Positions 1 to 8,579 of a stretch of 32,000 bases of DNA are shown in pieces. The DNA is taken from assembly GCF_000015585.1 (NCBI RefSeq), contig NC_008789.1, forward strand, positions 1,080,001 to 1,112,000, read 5' to 3'. Under the pieces are notes generated by a model. The model saw nothing but the letters and a program-made list of their open reading frames with translations, did no database searches and was not told the origin of the DNA. Numbering within the stretch: the first letter of the stretch is position 1; the number at the start of each line of letters is the position of its first letter. The position numbers were made by a program, and so were the translations under genes. This stretch comes from Halorhodospira halophila SL1 (lineage in GTDB: Bacteria; Pseudomonadota; Gammaproteobacteria; Nitrococcales; Halorhodospiraceae).

Positions 1-1271
1 TCGAACGCGTCGAGACCAACGCCGCCGGGCGGGTGCTACGCACCCTCGACCGCCACCCGCCGCGCTCCGGTGACGATCTGATCCTGACCCTGGACATCGA
101 CCTGCAGGCTGCCGCCGAGCGCGCCCTCGGCGATCAGCGCGGGGCGGTGGTGGCCATGGATCCGGACAACGGCGACATCCTGGCCCTGGCCAGTCGCCCG
201 CACTACGACCCCAACAAGTTCGTCCGGGGCATGACCTCCGAGCGCTTCCAGGAGCTGGAAGACACCGGCTGGCAGCCGCTGATCAACCGGCCGATCCGCG
301 GGCTCTATCCACCGGCCTCCACCATCAAGCCGTTCGTCGGCCTGGCCGCCCTGGAGCACGACGTCATCCGCCCAGACACCGAGGTCCACTGCGACGGCAC
401 CTACCATGTGGAGGGTCGCGACGAGCCCTTCCGCTGCTGGCGCGACTGGGGCCATGGCGACACCGACTTCGTCCAGGCCGTGGCCGAGTCTTGCAATGTC
501 TTCTTCTACGACACCGCCTTCCGCCTCGGCATTGACCGCATGTCGGCGTTCCTGGAACCGTTCGGTTTCGGCACCCCGACTCAGGTAGACACCTCGGGCG
601 AGCGCAGCGGCATCCTCCCCGATCGCGACTGGAAGCGCCGCGCCCTGGGCGGCGGCTGGTTCCACGGAGAGACGGTGATCACCGGTATCGGCCTGGGCTA
701 CTTCAGCACCACGCCGCTGCAGCTGGCTCGGGCCACCTCGATCCTCGCCAACCAGGGACGCATCGTGGAACCGCGCCTGGTGCAGGCGGTCCGCGACGGC
801 GAGCAGGGGCACGAATCACGAACCGCCGCCACTACCCCGCAGGAGCGCATCGAGTTGAGCAACCCGGAGCACTGGGAGCTCACCACCGAGGCCATGCGCG
901 CCGCCGTCGAGCACCCGCGCGGCACCGCCCGGCTGATCGGCGACGACCTCGAGTACAGCCTGGCCGGCAAGACCGGTACGGCGCAGGTCACCGAGAGCCA
1001 CGAGGACGACGACGCGGACGTCCCCGAGCACCTGCGCAGTCACGCCCTGTTCATCGGGTTTGCCCCGGCGGAGACCCCGGAGATCGCCGTCGTGGTGGTG
1101 GTCGAGAACGCCGAAGGCGGCGGTGGTGCTGCAGCCGCCCCGGTGGCGCGGGCCGTCACCGACGCCTGGCTGATGGATGATTACACCTTCCTCGAGGACC
1201 TGGAGGCCGGCCGCATCGACGAGAGCGAGGTCGAGGACGAGGAGGATGCGCCCATGGAGCTGATGCCATGA
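1..1271 (+). CDS. mrdA: Penicillin-binding protein 2 (peptidoglycan D,D-transpeptidase), C-terminal ~420 aa; the 5' end lies upstream of the window
   Basis: ORF 33..1271 stays open in the same frame back to base 3 (..ERVETNAAGRVLRTLD..). Transpeptidase motifs are present: ASTIKP (SxxK), ESCN (SxN) and GKTGTA (KTG). It is followed by rodA with an ATGA overlap, the canonical mrdAB pair. Confidence 0.9.
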   Translation, partial: ERVETNAAGRVLRTLDRHPPRSGDDLILTLDIDLQAAAERALGDQRGAVVAMDPDNGDILALASRPHYDPNKFVRGMTSERFQELEDTGWQPLINRPIRGLYPPASTIKPFVGLAALEHDVIRPDTEVHCDGTYHVEGRDEPFRCWRDWGHGDTDFVQAVAESCNVFFYDTAFRLGIDRMSAFLEPFGFGTPTQVDTSGERSGILPDRDWKRRALGGGWFHGETVITGIGLGYFSTTPLQLARATSILANQGRIVEPRLVQAVRDGEQGHESRTAATTPQERIELSNPEHWELTTEAMRAAVEHPRGTARLIGDDLEYSLAGKTGTAQVTESHEDDDADVPEHLRSHALFIGFAPAETPEIAVVVVVENAEGGGGAAAAPVARAVTDAWLMDDYTFLEDLEAGRIDESEVEDEEDAPMELMP

Positions 1272-2398
1272 ACACCAGCGCCCTACCCGGCAGCCAGGGG
1301 GTCGGAGTCCGTCTCTCGTTCCTGCAGTCGCGGCTGCACCTGGACGGACTGCTGCTGACCGCACTGATCGCCGTCGCCGCCTTCGGCGTAGCGGTCCTCT
1401 ACAGCGCCTTCGGGGAGGACTGGGCGCAGACCCAGAATCAGGTCATCCGCGTCTCCTTCGGCTTCCTGGCACTGTTCGCCTGCGCCCAGATCCCGCCGCG
1501 CACCCTGCGCCGCTGGGCACCGTGGGTCTTTGCCGTCGGCATGGTGCTGCTGGCAGCGGTGATGGTCCTGGGCGTCATCGGCCAGGGGGCACAGCGCTGG
1601 ATCGACCTCGGCTTCATGCGCTTCCAGCCGGCCGAATTGATGAAGCTCGCCCTGCCGCTGCTGCTCGCCTGGCTGCTCGCCGACCACGATATCCCGCCCC
1701 GGCCCCGGCGCGTCATGCTGGCCCTAGTGTTGATCACCGTGCCGGCGGCGCTGATCGCGATACAGCCGGACCTGGGCACCGCCATGCTGGTCGCGGCATC
1801 GGGATTCTTCATCCTCTTCCTGGCCGGCCTGGGCTGGCGCTGGATCGTGGGCGGCGCCGCCCTGGCCAGCGCCATTGCGCCACTGCTCTGGTTCTTTGTC
1901 ATGCACGACTACCAGCGCGCACGGGTGCTGACGTTTCTCAACCCCGAGAACGACCCCCTGGGCGCGGGGTACCACATCATCCAGTCGAAGATCGCCATCG
2001 GCTCCGGCGGGCTCTTCGGCAAGGGCTGGCTCAACGGCTCCCAGGCCCACCTGGAGTTCATCCCCGAGCGCCACACCGACTTTGTACTGGCGGTGGTCGC
2101 CGAGGAGTTCGGTCTTATGGGGGTGGCCCAGCTGCTGGCCGTCTACCTGATCATCGTCGGCCGCGGTCTCTACATCGCCGCCCGCGCCCAGGACAACTTC
2201 AGCCGGCTGCTGGCCGGCAGCATCTCGCTGACCTTCTTCATCTACGTCCTGGTCAACGCCGGGATGGTCTCGGGACTGCTGCCGGTGGTCGGACTGCCCC
2301 TACCCCTGGTCAGCTACGGCGGCTCGTCACTGGTGACCATCATGGCGGCTTTCGGTATTCTCATGTCGATCCATACCCACCGTCGTCTCTGGTCGTGA
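1268..2398 (+). CDS. mrdB: Rod shape-determining SEDS-family peptidoglycan glycosyltransferase RodA
   Basis: 376-aa polytopic membrane protein with the SEDS-type C-terminal block ..GLPLPLVSYGGSSL... ATG 1268 overlaps the mrdA stop (ATGA). Its position directly after PBP2 fits the canonical pair. Confidence 0.92.
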   Translation: MNTSALPGSQGVGVRLSFLQSRLHLDGLLLTALIAVAAFGVAVLYSAFGEDWAQTQNQVIRVSFGFLALFACAQIPPRTLRRWAPWVFAVGMVLLAAVMVLGVIGQGAQRWIDLGFMRFQPAELMKLALPLLLAWLLADHDIPPRPRRVMLALVLITVPAALIAIQPDLGTAMLVAASGFFILFLAGLGWRWIVGGAALASAIAPLLWFFVMHDYQRARVLTFLNPENDPLGAGYHIIQSKIAIGSGGLFGKGWLNGSQAHLEFIPERHTDFVLAVVAEEFGLMGVAQLLAVYLIIVGRGLYIAARAQDNFSRLLAGSISLTFFIYVLVNAGMVSGLLPVVGLPLPLVSYGGSSLVTIMAAFGILMSIHTHRRLWS

Positions 2399-2414
2399 GG
2401 GCCTGTAGTCGGAC

Positions 2415-3398
2415 ATGAACCTACGCCTCCGTTCCGCCACCGTGGCCCTGCTGTGCGGCAGCGCGCTGCTGGCCACCGCCACGGCCTCCACCGAGCCCGA
2501 GCGCTTCGCCGACGAAGTCGCTGAGCGCCACGACCTGGACGCCGGACACCTGCGCACGGTGCTCGCCGCCGCCGAGCACGACGAGCGGGTGCTCGAGCGC
2601 ATCGCCTCCCCAGCCGAGGGCCTCCCCTGGCACGACTACCGCGAGATCTTCCTCACCGAGGAGCGCCTCGAGGCCGGGCTCGGCTACTGGGCCGAGCATC
2701 AGGACCTGTTGGCCGAGATCCACGATGAGCACAGGGTCCCGGAACCGGTGATCCTGGCCATCCTCGGCGTCGAGAGCTACTACGGCACACGCCGGGGCGA
2801 CCACCGCGTCCTGGACGCCCTGACCACCCTCGGTTTCTCGGACCACCCCCGCGCCGGCTTCTTCCGCGATGAACTGGAGGCCTTTCTGCTGCTCAGCGCT
2901 GAGAACGAGTGGGACGCCACTGAGCCCACCGGCTCCTACGCCGGCGCGCTGGGCAAGCCGCAGTTCATCCCGTCGAGCTACCGCGCCTATGCGGTGGATC
3001 AGGACGGCGACGGCCGCCGCGACCTCCTCGACAACCCAGCGGATGCGGCCGGCAGCGCCGCCCACTACCTGGCCCGGCATGGCTGGGAGCCCGACGCTCC
3101 GGTAGCCCGGGCGGTGGAGGCCGAGGGATCGGCCTGGCGAGACGCCCTGGCCGCCACCGACCGTCCCGTCGCCCCCCGGCAGAGCGTCGACGAACTGGCG
3201 GGTCTCGGGGTCGAGGTGCCGGACGAGCTGGACGGCGACACCCCGGCCGCCCTCATCGAGCTCGAGGGCGAGGACGGCACGGAGCTGTGGCTGACGCTGC
3301 AGAACTTCTACGTCCTCACCCGCTACAACCACAGCGCCCTCTACGCCATGGCCGTGCACCAGCTGGCCGAGGCCCTGGCCAGGGAGCACGCCGAGTGA
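2415..3398 (+). CDS. mltB: Lytic murein transglycosylase B family (MltB/SltB1-like)
   Basis: N-terminal signal peptide (LLCGSALLATATA). Catalytic-Glu block ILGVESYYG and GALGKPQFIPSSY are recalled as typical of the MltB family. It sits between rodA and rlpA, as in the Pseudomonas and E. coli clusters. Confidence 0.8.
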   Translation: MNLRLRSATVALLCGSALLATATASTEPERFADEVAERHDLDAGHLRTVLAAAEHDERVLERIASPAEGLPWHDYREIFLTEERLEAGLGYWAEHQDLLAEIHDEHRVPEPVILAILGVESYYGTRRGDHRVLDALTTLGFSDHPRAGFFRDELEAFLLLSAENEWDATEPTGSYAGALGKPQFIPSSYRAYAVDQDGDGRRDLLDNPADAAGSAAHYLARHGWEPDAPVARAVEAEGSAWRDALAATDRPVAPRQSVDELAGLGVEVPDELDGDTPAALIELEGEDGTELWLTLQNFYVLTRYNHSALYAMAVHQLAEALAREHAE

Positions 3399-4453
3399 GG
3401 TCGCTGGCCACGGCACTGCTCGGACTCGCCGGCGGGGCGGCGCTGCTGGCCGGCTGCGCGGCACCGGAACGCGACGAGCTGGAGCCGCCACGACCGGACG
3501 AGGATCCTGCCGAGCGGGTGGCCACCGACGGGGCCTCGGACCGGGACCCCGAGGAGCTGGCCCGACTCCCCGACGCCGTCCCGCAGGACGTGCCGCCGAG
3601 CCGCTACGGCAACCCCGAGCAGTACGAGGTCTTCGGCGAGACCTACGCCACCATGAGCCGGGAGGAGGCCGAGGGCTTCACCCAGCGCGGCCGCGCCTCC
3701 TGGTACGGCACCAAGTTCCACGGCCGGCGCACGTCCAGCGGCACGCCCTACGACATGTACGCCATGACCGCCGCCCACCGCGAGCTGCCGCTACCGACCT
3801 GGGTGGAGGTCGTCAATCTGGAGAACGACCGCCGCGCCGTGGTCAAGGTCAACGACCGTGGCCCCTTCGTCGACCCCGACGAACGCATCCTCGACCTCTC
3901 CTACGCCGCTGCAGTGCGCCTCGACATCGCCGACCAGGGGACCGCACCGGTCCAGATCCGCGTGGTCACCCCGGACGACCCGCCCCAGAGTCCGGCGAAG
4001 GACGCCGATGCCGAGGCCGGCGACCCACCGGCGGAGGGCGGTGTCGAGACCTTCAGTGTGGACGACGAGCAGGAGCCCGACGCCATCGAGGAACTGCTCG
4101 CCGCGCAGGAGGAGGCCGACGCCGAACCCGGGGACGAGACCCCCTCCAGCGAGCCGCCGGCCGGGGTCCGGGTCCGCACCACCGACCGACTGCTGCAGGA
4201 CGCCGAGGCGGTCCAGCCCATCGCCGTCTACTTGCAGACCGGGGTCTTCGGTCAGCGCGAGAACGCCGAGCGGATGGAGGCACGGCTCGCTGACCTCGAC
4301 CTCGAGGCCGAGGTCAGCGTCGAGGAGATCGGCGACGCCGACGGCTCCCTCCACCGGGTTCGCCTGGGCCCGCTGGAGAACCTCGCCGAGATCGACCGAG
4401 TGGAGCAGGGTCTGGACGAGGCGGGGATCGATCACTATAGGGTCAGCCCGTAA
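3395..4453 (+). CDS. rlpA: Septal-ring lytic transglycosylase RlpA (lipoprotein with DPBB domain, acidic linker and C-terminal SPOR domain)
   Basis: GTG 3395 overlaps the mltB stop (GTGA) and gives VRSLATALLGLAGGAALLAGC, a lipobox. The DPBB core reads ASWYGTKFHGRRTSSGTPYD...VKVNDRGPF. The C-terminal segment is SPOR-like (VYLQTGVFGQRENAERM..HRVRLGPL). The ORF-track start at 3287 would overlap mltB by 112 nt and is not used. Confidence 0.85.
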   Translation: MRSLATALLGLAGGAALLAGCAAPERDELEPPRPDEDPAERVATDGASDRDPEELARLPDAVPQDVPPSRYGNPEQYEVFGETYATMSREEAEGFTQRGRASWYGTKFHGRRTSSGTPYDMYAMTAAHRELPLPTWVEVVNLENDRRAVVKVNDRGPFVDPDERILDLSYAAAVRLDIADQGTAPVQIRVVTPDDPPQSPAKDADAEAGDPPAEGGVETFSVDDEQEPDAIEELLAAQEEADAEPGDETPSSEPPAGVRVRTTDRLLQDAEAVQPIAVYLQTGVFGQRENAERMEARLADLDLEAEVSVEEIGDADGSLHRVRLGPLENLAEIDRVEQGLDEAGIDHYRVSP

Positions 4454-4525
4454 CACCCGCCCCCACCCGCAAACACGTTACAATGGTGTCCTGTTGTGCC
4501 ATCCGTCGAGACCGCTGCCAGACCG

Positions 4526-5704
4526 ATGATGAGACGAACCCTGCTACGAGTGCTGGTGCCCGCCCTGCTGACCGTCGGGCTGATTCCCATGGCCATGGCC
4601 GACGAGCGCTGGGGCACCCCCATCGTCGAATCGGTGCCGACGCCGTCCCCGCCGAGCGTCGGCGCACCCAGCCACCTGCTGGTCGACATGCACAGCGGCT
4701 ACATCCTCGCCCACCGCGACCCTGAGGAGAGCTGGGAGCCGGCCAGCCTGGCCAAGATCATGACCGCCTACGTGGTCTTCGAGGAACTCGCCTCCGGGCA
4801 CATCGGGCTTGAGGACAAGGTCACCGTCAGCGAGAAGGCCTGGCGCTCCAGCGGCTCGCGGATGTTCCTGGAGGTCGGCACCGAGGTCACCGTGGCCGAG
4901 CTGCTGCAGGGCCTGATCGTCCAGTCCGGCAACGACGCCGCGGTCGCGCTGGCCGAGCACGTGGCCGGCGACGAAGAGACCTTCGCCCAGGTCATGAACC
5001 AGTACGCCAGCCGCCTGGGCATGGACAACACCCACTACACCAACGCCACGGGCATGCCCCACGAGCAGATGCGTACCACGGCCCAGGATACGGCGCGCCT
5101 GGCCCGAGCGATGATCGATGATTTCCCCGAGTTCTACGACTGGTATTCGCAGCGCTCCTTCGAGTACGCCGGGATCAATCAGCACAACCGCAACCGTCTG
5201 CTGTGGCGGGACGAGACCGTCGATGGCCTGAAGACCGGCTACACCAGCTCCGCCGGCTACAATCTGGTCACCTCCGCCGAGCGCGGCGGCATGCGCCTGA
5301 TCTCCGTGGTCCTCGGCACCGAGAGCGAGGACGCTCGGGCACAGCAGAGCCTGCAGCTGCTCAACTACGGCTTCCGCTTCTTCGAGACCCACCGACTCTA
5401 CAGCGCCGGGGAGCAGCTCACCGAGGCGCGCGCCTGGATGGGCGAAGGCGACTCGGTGGCCCTGGGCATCCCGGACAACCTCTACGTGACCATCCCGCGC
5501 CAGGAATACGACAACCTGAGCGCCTCGGTGAGCGTGGACGGCCAGATCCGCGCACCGGTGGAGGCCGGCGCCAAGCTCGGCACCCTGAAGATCGAGCTGG
5601 CCGGGAGCGTCATCCACGAGGAGCCGCTGATCGCCATGGAGGATGTCGCAGAGGGCGGCCTGTGGCGCCGGATGATCGACCAGGTCTGGCTGCGGTTCGA
5701 GTAG
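4526..5704 (+). CDS. dacA: D-alanyl-D-alanine carboxypeptidase (PBP5/6 class, serine-type)
   Basis: Signal peptide MMRRTLLRVLVPALLTVGLIPMAMA. Motifs ASLAKI (SxxK), QSGND (SxN) and LKTGYT (KTG), plus a C-terminal PBP5-type domain. The start is taken at ATG 4526; GTG 4496 is the alternative and would add 10 aa before the signal peptide. Confidence 0.87.
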   Translation: MMRRTLLRVLVPALLTVGLIPMAMADERWGTPIVESVPTPSPPSVGAPSHLLVDMHSGYILAHRDPEESWEPASLAKIMTAYVVFEELASGHIGLEDKVTVSEKAWRSSGSRMFLEVGTEVTVAELLQGLIVQSGNDAAVALAEHVAGDEETFAQVMNQYASRLGMDNTHYTNATGMPHEQMRTTAQDTARLARAMIDDFPEFYDWYSQRSFEYAGINQHNRNRLLWRDETVDGLKTGYTSSAGYNLVTSAERGGMRLISVVLGTESEDARAQQSLQLLNYGFRFFETHRLYSAGEQLTEARAWMGEGDSVALGIPDNLYVTIPRQEYDNLSASVSVDGQIRAPVEAGAKLGTLKIELAGSVIHEEPLIAMEDVAEGGLWRRMIDQVWLRFE

Positions 5705-5707
5705 CCG

Positions 5708-6568
5708 ATGGGCACACCGGCGACCTGCTACCTCAACGGCGAGCTCATGGCGCTCGGCTCGGCGCGGATCTCGCCCCTGGATCGCGGGTTCCTGTTCGGC
5801 GATGGCGTCTACGAGGTCATCCCCTGCTACGGCGGGGTGCCGTTCCGGCTCGACGCTCACCTGCGCCGCCTGGCCAACTCCCTGGCGGCCATCGAGCTGC
5901 CGGATCCGCTCTCGCCCGCGGGGTGGCCGGAGGTCCTCGAGCAGGTCTGCCAGGCCAACGGCGGCGGTGATCAGTCGCTCTACGTCCAGGTCACCCGCGG
6001 CTGCCCGGAACAGCGCACCCACGAGTTCCCGGCGCGCAGCGAACCCACCGTGTTTGTCATGAGTTCGCCCCTGCCGGCGGCCGGCGCCTTTGCCGACGGG
6101 CTATCCACCACCCTGCTCGAGGACCTGCGCTGGGCACGCTGCGATATCAAGGCGGTGGCACTGCTGCCCAACGTCCTGCTGCGCCAGGCGGCCGTGGCCG
6201 CCGGGGCCGACGAGGCCATCCTGCACCGGGATGGCTGGGTGACCGAGGGCGCGGCGAGCACGGTCTTCATCGTCCGCGGCGGCGAGCTGGCAACCCCGGC
6301 GCTCCACCCCGGACTGCTGCCCGGGGTCACCCGGGAGGTTATCCTCGAGCTGGCCGAACACCACGGGCTACCCTGTCAGTGTCGGCCGGTGGCCCGGGAC
6401 GAGCTGCACGAGGCCGACGAGGTCTGGCTGTCGAGCGCCACCAAGGAGGTGGCCCCGGTGTTGACGATCGACGGGCACCCGGTGGGTCACGGCACCCCCG
6501 GTCCGGTCTTCGAGGCGATGCGGGGCTGGTTCACTCGGCTGCGCCAGGAAACCGCCCGCGGGAGATGA
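5708..6568 (+). CDS. dat: Class IV (fold-type IV) aminotransferase, most likely D-amino-acid (D-alanine) transaminase
   Basis: 286 aa. The N-terminal block ..ISPLDRGFLFGDGVYEVI.. and the overall length are typical of D-amino-acid and branched-chain aminotransferases. The D-amino-acid assignment rests on the cell-wall neighbourhood and on family recall, not on a computed alignment. Confidence 0.7.
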   Translation: MGTPATCYLNGELMALGSARISPLDRGFLFGDGVYEVIPCYGGVPFRLDAHLRRLANSLAAIELPDPLSPAGWPEVLEQVCQANGGGDQSLYVQVTRGCPEQRTHEFPARSEPTVFVMSSPLPAAGAFADGLSTTLLEDLRWARCDIKAVALLPNVLLRQAAVAAGADEAILHRDGWVTEGAASTVFIVRGGELATPALHPGLLPGVTREVILELAEHHGLPCQCRPVARDELHEADEVWLSSATKEVAPVLTIDGHPVGHGTPGPVFEAMRGWFTRLRQETARGR

Positions 6569-6837
6569 CCATGAGTGAATTCAACGCCGACAACACCCCC
6601 CTGGAGTTCCCCTGCCAGATCGGGGTCAAGGCGATGGGGCACGCCGGCGCCGACCTGGCCACGCGGGTCGAGCGCATCGCCGCCGACCACGCCACCATCC
6701 TCGAGGTGCGGACCACCGGAAGCCGCACCGGTCGCTACGTCTCGGTGACGGTGACCATCGAGGCCCACAGCCGTGATCAGCTGGAAGGGCTGTACCGCGA
6801 ACTCAACGCCGATGACGCCATCATGGTGACCCTGTAG
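6565..6837 (+). CDS. ybeD: YbeD-family small protein (DUF493)
   Basis: The 90-aa product [25 protein letters not shown]...[33 protein letters not shown] is colinear with E. coli YbeD (..LEFP..YKVMG..SVSITI..LYEEL..VRMVL). ATG 6565 overlaps the dat stop (ATGA); ATG 6571 is the alternative. It sits between dacA and lipB as in enterobacteria and pseudomonads. Confidence 0.85.
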   Translation: MTMSEFNADNTPLEFPCQIGVKAMGHAGADLATRVERIAADHATILEVRTTGSRTGRYVSVTVTIEAHSRDQLEGLYRELNADDAIMVTL

Positions 6838-6847
6838 GAGGGCGAAG

Positions 6848-7501
6848 GTGCCCTGCGCACTCGAGCACATCCATACCCGCTACCTGGGCGAACAGCCGTA
6901 TGAGCCGACCTGGACGGCCATGCGCACCTTCACCGAGGAGCGTAGCAGCGAGACCCGGGACGAACTCTGGCTACTGCAGCATCCCCCGGTCTACACGCTG
7001 GGCCAGGCGGGACGCCCGGAGCACATCCTGGATACCGGCGAGACGCCCGTGGTTCACACCGATCGGGGTGGGCAGGTCACCTGGCACGGCCCGGGGCAGC
7101 TGGTCGCCTATCCGCTGCTCGACCTGCGGCGGTGGGGCCTGGGGGTGCGGACGCTGGTCCACGCTCTGGAGCAGTCGGTGGTCTCGCTGCTGGCCGCCTA
7201 CGGGGTGCCGTCGCACCGACGCGAGGACGCCCCCGGGGTCTACGTGGACGGCGCCAAGGTAGCAGCCCTGGGGATTCGGGTGCGCCGGGGCTGCAGCTAT
7301 CACGGCCTGTCGCTGAATGTCTGTAACGACCCGGCCCCCTTCGAGCGCATCCATCCCTGCGGCTACGCCGGTCTGACGACCACGCGGGTGCACGATCTGG
7401 GCATCACCACGCCGCTGGATCGCCTGGAAGTAGAGCTGGGGATCTACCTGCTGCAGGCCATCGACGCCGCGTCCCGCGCATCACGGCACGACCGAGCCTG
7501 A
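6848..7501 (+). CDS. lipB: Octanoyltransferase LipB (lipoyl(octanoyl) transferase)
   Basis: GTG start. Motifs [29 protein letters not shown] (Lys) and IHPCGYAG (catalytic Cys) are hallmarks of LipB. Confidence 0.9.
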   Translation: MPCALEHIHTRYLGEQPYEPTWTAMRTFTEERSSETRDELWLLQHPPVYTLGQAGRPEHILDTGETPVVHTDRGGQVTWHGPGQLVAYPLLDLRRWGLGVRTLVHALEQSVVSLLAAYGVPSHRREDAPGVYVDGAKVAALGIRVRRGCSYHGLSLNVCNDPAPFERIHPCGYAGLTTTRVHDLGITTPLDRLEVELGIYLLQAIDAASRASRHDRA

Positions 7502-7525
7502 GCGCGCAGCGGCGATGCGCGCTCA
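7499..7525. terminator. GC-rich hairpin between convergent lipB and the M14-like gene (possible bidirectional terminator)
   Basis: tgagcgcgca (7499-7508) / loop gcggcga / tgcgcgctca (7516-7525) form a perfect 10-bp stem. The stem includes the lipB stop codon. There is no U-tract on either side, so function is uncertain. Confidence 0.35.
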
Positions 7526-7532
7526 CGCTGCA

Positions 7533-8552
7533 TCAACCGCCGGCCCGTCCGGTCAGGTGGACCGGCTCCATCAGGTAGCAGAGCACATCCTGACGGATGG
7601 CCGCCGTATTGCAGGCGAGCATGGCCGGCATGGCCGGACGGCGCAGGCGGATCGTATCGCCATCGCGCTGAAAGAACTCCGCCGCCGCCTCGCGGCCATC
7701 GTTGTCCTCTACCGTGAAGAACGCCCGGGACTCCGGCGCCGCCCGGGCGAACACCGTACCCTCGGGCAGATCGCGGAAGTTGCACCGCTCCAGGTCATCC
7801 ATCAGCTGCAGGTCGACCCCCGGCACATCGCCGAACCCGAAGCTGCACTGCTCCGGGATCCGCACCGCCGCCACCGTGTGGTAGACCGAAATCCCCCCGG
7901 GCACCCCCTCCGGCAGGCGCGACAGGTGCAGCGCACTGGAGATCAGCTCGGCCGCGTGCTCCGCCGCCCCCGGGCTCCCCGGCTGCCCACATTCCACCGT
8001 GATCGCCGGCGCCAGACGGGCCAGGGCCAGCGACTGCACCCCCTGCGGCCGCGTGAAGTAGACTACGGTGCGCGAGAACAGTGCCGCTAGCTGCAGGTAA
8101 GGCCCCTCCAGGCGATTGACGCAACCGTAGTGCGGGTTCATGCCCGTATTGTTGTGGACGTCGATGCTGGCGAAACAGCCCCGCGAGCGCACCCGCGCCA
8201 CCACCTCGGCGGCCAGGTGCTGCTCCGGGCTGTCGGGGAGACTGGTCCCCGGCCAGACCCGATTATAATCAGGCTGCTCTGGCAATCGCCGCACCCCGTG
8301 CCGAGCCGCGCGCACGTTGCCGATGAACAGCAGCAGGGACCGCGGCGGCGTCCGTCCCTGGAACTCGGTCAGCACCCGCTGCACCGCCTCCCAGCCGGTC
8401 GTCTCGTTGCCGTGGAGCAAGACGGTCACAAACAGCGGTGGCTCGCGGCGCCCGGGCACCTCGATGAGACTCGGCCCACCGAGCCGGTCCTCCAGTTCCG
8501 GGGCCGCCGCGCCGAGCAGGCCCTTCGGCAGTCCCTGGTAGGTCTTGAGCAT
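7533..8552 (-). CDS. M14-like zinc amidohydrolase of the succinylglutamate desuccinylase/aspartoacylase (AstE/AspA) type; substrate unknown
   Basis: 339 aa. It carries LLHGNETTGWEA (HxxE zinc motif), NRVWPG and IDVHNNTG (distal His region), in the order seen in AstE/AspA-type deacylases. There is a strong AGGAGG Shine-Dalgarno on the minus strand about 8 nt before ATG 8552. Confidence 0.7.
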   Translation of the reverse strand: MLKTYQGLPKGLLGAAAPELEDRLGGPSLIEVPGRREPPLFVTVLLHGNETTGWEAVQRVLTEFQGRTPPRSLLLFIGNVRAARHGVRRLPEQPDYNRVWPGTSLPDSPEQHLAAEVVARVRSRGCFASIDVHNNTGMNPHYGCVNRLEGPYLQLAALFSRTVVYFTRPQGVQSLALARLAPAITVECGQPGSPGAAEHAAELISSALHLSRLPEGVPGGISVYHTVAAVRIPEQCSFGFGDVPGVDLQLMDDLERCNFRDLPEGTVFARAAPESRAFFTVEDNDGREAAAEFFQRDGDTIRLRRPAMPAMLACNTAAIRQDVLCYLMEPVHLTGRAGG

Positions 8553-8579
8553 GGGCCGTTCTTGCCTCCTGATCGGTGT

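Noticed and set aside
4479-4484. TACAAT hexamer 42 nt upstream of dacA as a -10 box
   Set aside because: There is no acceptable -35 at 16-19 bp (cccgcc). dacA may simply be co-transcribed with rlpA. The evidence is too weak to call a feature.
4544-6022. 492-aa ORF on the minus strand, opposite dacA and dat
   Set aside because: It is antisense to two genes with clear family motifs. Its product is Arg/Gly/Ala/Val-rich low-complexity sequence typical of shadow ORFs in high-GC DNA, with no recognisable motif.
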